Shown here: piece by piece, positions 9,674-17,400 of the stretch
Layout of the letters: each line of letters begins with the position of its first letter
How positions within the stretch are numbered: position 1 is the stretch's first letter
NCBI GenBank assembly: GCA_030018475.1
Contig: JASEFT010000001.1
Coordinates: 15,111 to 79,110 of the forward strand
Direction of reading: 5' to 3'
DNA from: Thermoplasmatota archaeon
Lineage (GTDB): Archaea; Thermoplasmatota; JASEFT01
DNA length: 64,000 nt
Notes under the pieces: model-generated
What the model was told of the DNA's origin: nothing
Seen by the model: the letters and a program-made list of their open reading frames with translations, nothing else
Databases searched by the model: none
Made by a program: the position numbers and the translations under genes

Positions 9674-10875
9674 AAATCTTCTTTTATCTTATCTAATATT
9701 CTATCTGCAATTTTTTCTTTTCTATCTTTGACAAAAATAAAATTTTTATTTCTATCTATAATTAAAACCTCGCTTGATTCATGGCTAATATTTTTCAAAT
9801 CGTTAGCTACAATTAAATCTAACTTTTCTGATTTTAGCTTTCTATACGCTCGCTCTAAGAGCACTTCTCTAGATACGTTACTTTCTAGTTTAAACCCGAC
9901 AAGATACTTTTTATAATCCTTTCTTATTAATTCTAATATCTTAGGAGCTTGTGTCAAGCTCAGTAATAAATGTTTTTTTTCGGAAGATAATTTACCTGCT
10001 TCCTTTTTAGGTATGTAATCAGAGATTGCAGCAGGACAAATAATAACATTATAAGAAGCTAAATTTTTTAACTTGCGTCTCAAATCGTCAGTAGATTGGA
10101 ATCTTTCTGTTTTAAGGTAGTTCGGAGCTTGCTCTAAAGCTGAGCCGTAAAGTAATTCAACCTCAGCACCACGTTCAAACGCGCACTTTGCAATTTCTAT
10201 ACCTGTTCTTCCTGAACTTTTTGCAGCTATAAAGCGCACATCATCGATAGGCTCAGCGGTAGAGCCTGCTATCACCAATATTTTTTTGTTTTCTAAATCG
10301 TTTTTCCATAGTTTCCTTATTACTCTCTCAACTATTTCTCCTATACTAGCGAGTTTTGCTTTTCCTTCTTCCACCCTGGGCTCTATAAATTCTATACCTA
10401 ACTTTTTCAACTTCTTTATATTCTCTTGCACAATTTCATGTTCATACATACTAGAATGCATCGCAGGCACAATGATAATTGGTATTTTAGAGCTGAGCGC
10501 TGTAGTTGCAAATGTAGTTACTGGCGTATCATCGATACCACATGCTATTTTAGAAATAGTATTAGCTGTGCATGGTGCAATAAGCAGAAGCGAAGCTTTA
10601 CTCTTTGTTGAGCCACATAGCGATACATGCTCAACTTTACCAGTTATTTCAGTGATAGGTTTGTTGCCGGTAGCGAACTCAACAGCATTGGGATGGATTA
10701 TTTTATGAGCTTCAAAGCTCATTACTGCAAAAACCTCTGCGCCATGCCTTATAAGCTCTCTAGCCAGTTTCACAGTCTCTACAGCTGCAATACTGCCTGT
10801 AATTCCTAGAACGATTGTTTTACCTTCTAGCTTAGCACTTTTGGTAGAGCGCAACTCTTCGCTTGGATGAAGCAT
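9670..10875 (-). CDS. coaBC: bifunctional phosphopantothenoylcysteine decarboxylase / phosphopantothenate-cysteine ligase
   Basis: N-terminal flavoprotein motif (IVLGITGSIAAVETVKLARELIRHGAEV) and C-terminal CoaB region (GSTAEPIDDVRFIAAKSSG). 401 aa. Confidence 0.85.
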   Translation of the reverse strand: MLHPSEELRSTKSAKLEGKTIVLGITGSIAAVETVKLARELIRHGAEVFAVMSFEAHKIIHPNAVEFATGNKPITEITGKVEHVSLCGSTKSKASLLLIAPCTANTISKIACGIDDTPVTTFATTALSSKIPIIIVPAMHSSMYEHEIVQENIKKLKKLGIEFIEPRVEEGKAKLASIGEIVERVIRKLWKNDLENKKILVIAGSTAEPIDDVRFIAAKSSGRTGIEIAKCAFERGAEVELLYGSALEQAPNYLKTERFQSTDDLRRKLKNLASYNVIICPAAISDYIPKKEAGKLSSEKKHLLLSLTQAPKILELIRKDYKKYLVGFKLESNVSREVLLERAYRKLKSEKLDLIVANDLKNISHESSEVLIIDRNKNFIFVKDRKEKIADRILDKIKEDL

Positions 10876-10929
10876 TCTTTAGTAAATAATGGGTTAAGGT
10901 TTATATAATAGTTAATATTTTTGTAAAAC

Positions 10930-11316
10930 ATGAACTATTTTAGATTAGCGTTTATAGTATTTGTATCGGGAATTATATTGATAGCATTAAGTGCTTTAAT
11001 AAGTGGAAGTATCTCATTGTTTCTTTTTATACCAGTCTTCTATACTACGGGACTACTTGGATTTCTAGGCGCTCTGTTCATAATTTTAAGTTTAATCTTG
11101 TTCGTTTTTGGCTTCACTAAAGGGTTGGTTTATGAAGAAGAGCAGGAAATAACACCTGCGGGTAAAGGAGAGAAGAAGCTCAAGGCTGGCGGAATTGTGT
11201 TATTAGGGCCAATACCTATAATATTTGGAACTGATAGAAGTTTGGTAATGATATTACTACTTTTAGCTATAATACTGATTATAGCAATGCTTGCCCTCTT
11301 TCTAATGCTCAGCTAA
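10930..11316 (+). CDS. small integral membrane protein (3-4 TM), hypothetical
   Basis: Highly hydrophobic 128-aa ORF. Confidence 0.4.
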   Translation: MNYFRLAFIVFVSGIILIALSALISGSISLFLFIPVFYTTGLLGFLGALFIILSLILFVFGFTKGLVYEEEQEITPAGKGEKKLKAGGIVLLGPIPIIFGTDRSLVMILLLLAIILIIAMLALFLMLS

Positions 11317-11535
11317 AATCTCTTTCTTCTTCCTTTTTTTCAATCTTTTCAAATACTCCTCTATCGCTTCTCTGTGCTCAGGGCTAAGCCATGCCTGCTC
11401 TAAGGCTTCGCACTCATCAGCACCGCCAGCAATCCCCAGATATTCTACAAGCTCTTGATAAGCGTAGCTCTTTTCTAGCTCATCTAAAAAAATTCCGAGC
11501 TCCTCTAGAATCTTTTCAAGTACTCTAATAGACAT
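11302..11535 (-). CDS. small acidic helical hypothetical protein
   Basis: 77-aa ORF immediately downstream of the CBS gene on the same strand. Confidence 0.3.
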   Translation of the reverse strand: MSIRVLEKILEELGIFLDELEKSYAYQELVEYLGIAGGADECEALEQAWLSPEHREAIEEYLKRLKKRKKKEILAEH

Positions 11536-11538
11536 TTT

Positions 11539-12012
11539 TTACTTACCTGCAAAACTTCTTATAATATCGCCTCTTGTGATTATACCAATAAGTTTGTCGT
11601 TCTCTACAACCGGCAGTCGGTTAACTTTTCTTTCCACCATAATCTCAGCAGCTTTCTCAACAGTATCATTGCACCCTATCACAATGGGATTCTTTGTCAT
11701 TACCTCAGTTACTTTCTTCCTACTAATATCTTCTAAACTGAGTTTAACTTCTGCAAACGTTATAGCCTGACGAAAAGGTATCTCTATTAAATCGAACGGC
11801 GTAGGTAAAAATACGATATTGGGAGCGCTGTAGCGCGTTTTTAAAACTCTTAGAATATCTGCTTCACTTAAAATACCCATAACTTTATTGTTTTTATCAA
11901 CAACAGGTGCGCCGCTAATGTTTTTTGAAGCCAGCTTTTCAGAAGCCTCTCGAATAGTATTCTCAGGAGCTAAGGTAATTACATATTTGGTCATTACATC
12001 TTTTACAAGCAT
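11539..12012 (-). CDS. tandem CBS-domain protein
   Basis: Two CBS repeats (GAPVVDKNNKVMGILSEADILR; RLPVVENDKLIGIITRGDIIR). Confidence 0.75.
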   Translation of the reverse strand: MLVKDVMTKYVITLAPENTIREASEKLASKNISGAPVVDKNNKVMGILSEADILRVLKTRYSAPNIVFLPTPFDLIEIPFRQAITFAEVKLSLEDISRKKVTEVMTKNPIVIGCNDTVEKAAEIMVERKVNRLPVVENDKLIGIITRGDIIRSFAGK

Positions 12013-12116
12013 TTTTTTTCTTTGTAAGAATTTGTTAGATGGTTAATAAATTTTTGTGCTTTGGCTGTATTGTACAGGTATATTATTTATCTATCTAAAA
12101 TCATTTTCTACTGAGA

Positions 12117-13523
12117 ATGCTTGCCAAAGCAGAGAAGATAGCTTCGTATTTAAAAGCGCATAAAGAAGTAAAACTTGTATCTCATATTGATGCAGATGGT
12201 ATTGCATCCGCAGCTATTGCTAGTACAGCATTGAGCAGAGCTAATGTTGAGCACAGCATAGAGTTCGTAAAGCAGTTGGATGAGTGTACAATTGAAAGGT
12301 TGAAGAACGAAAGCCAGTTGATTTGGTTTGCAGATTTAGGCTCCGGCGTCATAGAATATTTGGAAGACTTGCGTTTTATTATTACAGATCATCATAAGCC
12401 CAGTATGCGCAAGCTCAAAGGTAATTCCTTACTTGATTTTTATAGCGCTAAAGATGAGCTTGAACTGAATCCTCATTTTTTCCAGCTTGACGGCTCTACA
12501 GCTGTTAGCGGCGCTGGAGTTACATATCTAGTTGCAAGAGCAATGAGCTCAGAAAATTTAGATTTAGCACCTCTTGCTATCGTAGGCGCTGTTGGCGATT
12601 TGCAGGACAGCGCTTACTCTAAGCTTGTGGGCTTGAACAGAAATATTCTCGAAGAAGCTAAAGAGCTAAATCTAATAGATTCTTTTATCGATATAAGATA
12701 TTTCGGTAGAGAGTCTCGTCCTGTATTTAAACTTCTAGAGTACGCGAGCGATCCTTTGCTACCAACACTTTCAGGCAGAGAGGAAAATTGCATTCAGTTC
12801 CTTATAGAGCTGGGTATAGAACTGAAATTTCAAGAGCATTGGCGTAGATGGATTGATTTGAATAAAGAAGAGAAGCACAAAATAATTTCAGAGCTCGTTA
12901 ATTTATTGCTATCAAAAGGTTTTGGATATAGAAATGCAAAGCGCGTTGTAGGCGAAGTTTATACACTGAGTAAAGAGCCTTTGGGCACAGAACTTCATGA
13001 CGCTAAAGAGTTTGCAACTTTGCTCAACGCTTGCGGAAGATATGGCAAAGCAGAGATAGGATATAAGGTATGTCTTGGTGACAGAGCTGAGTACTTAGAG
13101 CGTTCAAGAGCTCTGCTTAGAGGGCATCGTAAAACTTTGGCTGAAAGCTTGCGTTTTGTAAACGAGTCAGGAACTGTTAGAAGAGATTTTCTGCAATATT
13201 TTCATGTGTTTGATAATATAGGTGAGAAAATTGTAGGTATAGTAGCAGGTATGGTGCTGAATAGTGGCATAGCGCAAGATTTGCCTTTATTAGCTTTTGC
13301 GCAAACTGACGATGGCAAACAAATAAAAGCATCTGCAAGAGCTACAAGAGAACTTGTAGCCAAAGGTATTGATTTAGCAGCAGCTCTGACGAAGGCAGCG
13401 CAAGTGGTTGGCGGTGTCGGCGGCGGTCATAATATTGCTGCAGGCGCTACAATACCTAAAGGCAGTGAAGAAGAATTTTTGAATGAAGTTGAAAGAGTAA
13501 TTAAAGAGCAACTATCTGGATAG
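12117..13523 (+). CDS. DHH/DHHA1 phosphoesterase (archaeal RecJ-like / GAN-like nuclease or nanoRNase)
   Basis: DHH motifs (SHIDADGIAS, ITDHHKP) and the DHHA1 GGGH motif near the C-terminus. 468 aa. Confidence 0.7.
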   Translation: MLAKAEKIASYLKAHKEVKLVSHIDADGIASAAIASTALSRANVEHSIEFVKQLDECTIERLKNESQLIWFADLGSGVIEYLEDLRFIITDHHKPSMRKLKGNSLLDFYSAKDELELNPHFFQLDGSTAVSGAGVTYLVARAMSSENLDLAPLAIVGAVGDLQDSAYSKLVGLNRNILEEAKELNLIDSFIDIRYFGRESRPVFKLLEYASDPLLPTLSGREENCIQFLIELGIELKFQEHWRRWIDLNKEEKHKIISELVNLLLSKGFGYRNAKRVVGEVYTLSKEPLGTELHDAKEFATLLNACGRYGKAEIGYKVCLGDRAEYLERSRALLRGHRKTLAESLRFVNESGTVRRDFLQYFHVFDNIGEKIVGIVAGMVLNSGIAQDLPLLAFAQTDDGKQIKASARATRELVAKGIDLAAALTKAAQVVGGVGGGHNIAAGATIPKGSEEEFLNEVERVIKEQLSG

Positions 13524-13653
13524 AGGTCATAGAAAGATTTGTATGAAGCAATCTTCAGTTATTTCAAAGTTGTGTTTGAAGAGAGAATAATCAATAAAAA
13601 AATGAGAAAAATTTATCCAATTACTGTGTTTCCAATCGGGGGAGGTGATTGGT

Positions 13654-13773
13654 ATGGAAAAAGTACTACCTTATCCATGCCTTTGCGGCGGTAAAATGAA
13701 AGGAATAAAAGATTATGTAGAGTTTTTTGGTGAGCAGTTCGGCCCTGTAACTGTAGAAATTTGTACTGCGTGA
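13654..13773 (+). CDS. possible 39-aa small protein (CxC...C)
   Basis: ATG preceded by a strong GGAGGTGA Shine-Dalgarno at 13641-13648. Intergenic position. Below the ORF-track length cutoff. Confidence 0.25.
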   Translation: MEKVLPYPCLCGGKMKGIKDYVEFFGEQFGPVTVEICTA

Positions 13774-13796
13774 TCCAATTGCGCGATTAATTAGAA

Positions 13797-14465
13797 TTAG
13801 AGATAGAAATCAGCGTTAGGATTGCCATCAAATTGCATCGGCTGATCGTTTGCCCAATCCGTGCCCCAATTAATATAATCAGTATAGTATGCGCTCCAAG
13901 CAGCTGCGAAATTACCTTCCATATCTGTAGAATTAGAATTTCCATTTACCAAGCCCCACTCTAAAAACCAGTAAGTCCAAGCGCCGTTCTGATATTCATC
14001 TACATCATAGCCCAAGCCTGTTACGGTACATGTTGTAGTGCAGTAGAATGTAGAATTGTTTGGAAGCGCTGCAATATTATCAATAAACCCGCCTGAGTAG
14101 CAGTGGTCTAAAAAGATAAAATTTCGGCTTGCTTTTGAATTTGCAAACAAAGCTGCCAGCTCATAATCCCATAAATTGCCGTCCTCACCACTTTCTCCTG
14201 CACCAGAGTCCCACATACAGAGGTAAGCCGAGTTTGCGCCCCCGTAACCTCCGTGCCCTGAAGAAACAAATGCAATAATATCGTTTTCGCCAGCAATTGA
14301 AAGTACGTATTGTAATATTTGCTTTATATTGTATTCAGTTGCATATCCGTCCCACTTAGGATAATTAGATATATTCCCGTCCCCATAGACCCAGCATGTG
14401 TAGCCCTGAGCCACGAAAAAAGTTATACCAGTCTGATGCATCTTCATCGCAGTATGATAAGTCAC
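13797..14465 (-). CDS. caspase-like (clan CD, C11/C13-type) cysteine peptidase domain, frame-shifted C-terminal continuation of the 1953-aa surface protein
   Basis: The domain begins in the upstream ORF (KKYAIIVGISDY...CDEDASDWYNFF). It continues here in another frame (VAQGYTCWVYGDG..., SSGHGG His, LDHCYSGG Cys). The frames meet at a T6 run near plus 14413-14418. A 1-nt change restores one ORF. Confidence 0.6.
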   Translation of the reverse strand: MTYHTAMKMHQTGITFFVAQGYTCWVYGDGNISNYPKWDGYATEYNIKQILQYVLSIAGENDIIAFVSSGHGGYGGANSAYLCMWDSGAGESGEDGNLWDYELAALFANSKASRNFIFLDHCYSGGFIDNIAALPNNSTFYCTTTCTVTGLGYDVDEYQNGAWTYWFLEWGLVNGNSNSTDMEGNFAAAWSAYYTDYINWGTDWANDQPMQFDGNPNADFYL

Positions 14466-17400
14466 TCATAACTTTATAATCTGAAATTCCAACTATGATA
14501 GCGTATTTCTTAGCGCTATAAGAGCTTACAACGTATAAAGTTACCCATTCAAAATATGCGTCATCGTAAGGATTAGGGTCTCCGCCAGGAACTAACGTGA
14601 TTATAGTTGTGCCGCTAACAGATACATTCACACTAGAATAGCTAGATAACAGATAGCCTGCCGGCAGCTCTATAGTAAATATTGCGTTTTGGGTGTAAGG
14701 TATTTTTACTTTGATGTTATGAGCTCCAACTGAAGGTGTTCCGGAAGAATACATATTATAAGAGACTGTAAGCGATATTGGTGCGTTAAGATTCCACATA
14801 CCTGTAATATTGCTAAAAGCAGTTGTCATACCGCCTGGCTGAGTTATGTAATAATATAGATTATCCAAAATGAGTGTATCAGCAGTATTGAAATAAGGGC
14901 TACCGAATTCAGGGCTTGTCCAGAGCATTGTCAGAAACTTTTCAGCTTCACTTTCATCTACTATATAATCGCCGTTACCGAAAAAGTCTATCATTAGTCG
15001 TAGAAGAGCACTACAGTTTATTCCAAACTGGATATTCATTGTTAGCGATAACTGCTCCCAAGTATAGAATTTTGCATAGCCACTCATTGTTATTGGTTCA
15101 GGATGCCCCAAAATAAAGTTTAGAGATATATCATTATACGCGTCAATCTCTTGATAAGCAATCGTTATTGTTCCCCTCGGCATTTCTGCAAATAGTTCTG
15201 CAATACCGATATAATGTCCTGGAGAAACTGCAACCTGATAATAGCCTGTAGAGTCTGTCATACCGCCGTATAGCTTAGAGCTGTTATAGAACCATACTAT
15301 GCCATTTGCTACCGGCTTGTTTTCAGAATCGTAAACATACCCTGAGACCGTAACTGTACCTGACTGTATTATGATCTTGCATTCCAGACTTCCGCCTTGA
15401 GCTACCGTGACTCTAACGGCGTTGCTGCATGGATACGAAGAGGCTAGTATTAACACATTGCCTGCAAGCACGCCTATACTATAATAGCCTGTAGAATCTG
15501 AAAAAGTATAGTTAGACCATTGATAGCCTTTTGCATCAAAACATATTACACTAATAGATGCATACTGTACAGGGTTACCGTTTTCATCACTAACGTATCC
15601 GTAAATTGAGGCGTTAGCAACAGGCATAGGCTCGAGCATTAAGTCCAACTGTAAACTACTGCCTACTAAAAGATATGTGGTTGTATAATTGGAATAGTAA
15701 GCTCCATACATAGATGCGTGAATTCTTACACTCCCTGCAAGCACTCCTATCTTATAATAGCCTGTTTCGTTAGTCCATGTATAATTCCACCAATAATTTC
15801 CTTGCGAGTCGTAACAAGATACGCTTATTGAAGCGTAAGGTATACCAGTATTTGCAACCGCATCTTTTACGTATCCGTAGAGCCATGCGTTAGCAACAGG
15901 TTTCGGCGTTAAGTAGATATCCAGAAGTAGCGATTGCCCTTGGGAAACGGTCACTGTGGTCTCGTTAGAGTAATAACCATCTGCGTAGACGTGAATTTTT
16001 ACACTTCCTGCAAACACTCCTATCTTATAATAGCCTGTTTCGTTAGCCCATGTATAATTCCACCAATAATTTCCTTGCGGGTCGTAACAAGATACGCTTA
16101 TTGAAGCGTAAGGTATACCAGTATTTGTAACCGCATCTTTTACGTATCCGTAGAGCCATGCGTTAGCAACAGGTATAGGAGTTAAGTAGATATCCAGAAG
16201 TAGCGATTGCCCTTGGGAAACAGTCACTGTGGTATAGTTAGAGTAATAACCATCTGCGTAGACGTGAATTTCTACACTTCCTGCAAACACTCCTATCTTA
16301 TAATAGCCTGTTTCGTTAGCCCATGTATAATTCCACCAATAATTTCCTTGCGGGTCGTAACAAGATACGCTTATTGAAGCGTAAGGTATACCAGTATTTG
16401 TAACCGCATCTTTTACGTATCCGTAGAGCCATGCGTTAGCAACAGGTATAGGAGTTAAGTAAATATAATTCCAAATTATCTGGCCCTCTGAGATATTAAA
16501 ATCTTCGCAGTAGTATATATAACCTTCTGCGTAGACGTAAATCCAATAGCTCCCATGCGGTATATGGAATTCGAAATAGCCCGACTCGTTTGTATAAGTC
16601 CAATCGTTGTAGTAGGAATAGTTGCACTCGTAAGAGAACTTTGAGTATATCATCACATATGCACCAGATATAGGCTCTTTCGTTACGTTATCATAAACAT
16701 AGCCTTTCTTCCAGCAGTCTTTAGCTACCGTAGGCTCTAAAGTTATATTGTTCCAAAGCACCTTACCCTGAGCTAAAGTAAATTCTTCGTAATAATCTTC
16801 GTACCCTGCAGACCGTACATATAAGTAATACTTGCCGTGCGGAATGTAAAACTCATAATACCCTGTTGCACTAGTAGAAGTTTGATTGTACCAGCCTACT
16901 TCAGACCATATATACACGTAAGCACCTTTTATAGGCTCCGATGTGCTACTATCCCGAACATAGCCTTTCTTCCAAGAATCTTTTTCAGTACCGTAAGGTA
17001 CTAGGTATATCTTATTCTCTAATGTTTCCCCTTTCTTTATTACGAACTCTTCGTAGTAGCTACTGTAGCCAAAATGGTAGATATAGAGTGAAGCGTTGCC
17101 GTGAGGAATACCAAGCTCGAAGTAGCCTGTTCCGTTTGTATAAGTATAGTTATAATAGTACCAAGACCAGTCTGGTGCATAGGAATAAATGTACACAGAA
17201 ACATTTTGCAGACACTGATTTGTAGCTGAGTCGTACACGTAACCCACCTTCCAACAGTCTACCTCCGGTACATAATAAGGCTCCAGACTGATATTATTCT
17301 GTTTAGTGTCATTCTTTTGAATAGTGAACTCCTCGTAGTATAAATAATATCCCTCAGCCCATACAGAGATATAGTAAGAGCCGTGTGCCAGCCCTAATTT

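Noticed and set aside
9375-9916. Antisense ORFs (118 and 91 aa) within the pantoate kinase and coaBC genes
   Set aside because: Low-complexity Leu/Phe/Ser-rich antisense translations. The sense genes have clear family motifs.
15330-16460. Regularly spaced near-identical repeats that could be mistaken for a CRISPR array
   Set aside because: The period is 273 bp, there is no short repeat/spacer alternation, and the repeats are in-frame inside a continuous 1953-aa coding sequence. They are protein-domain repeats.
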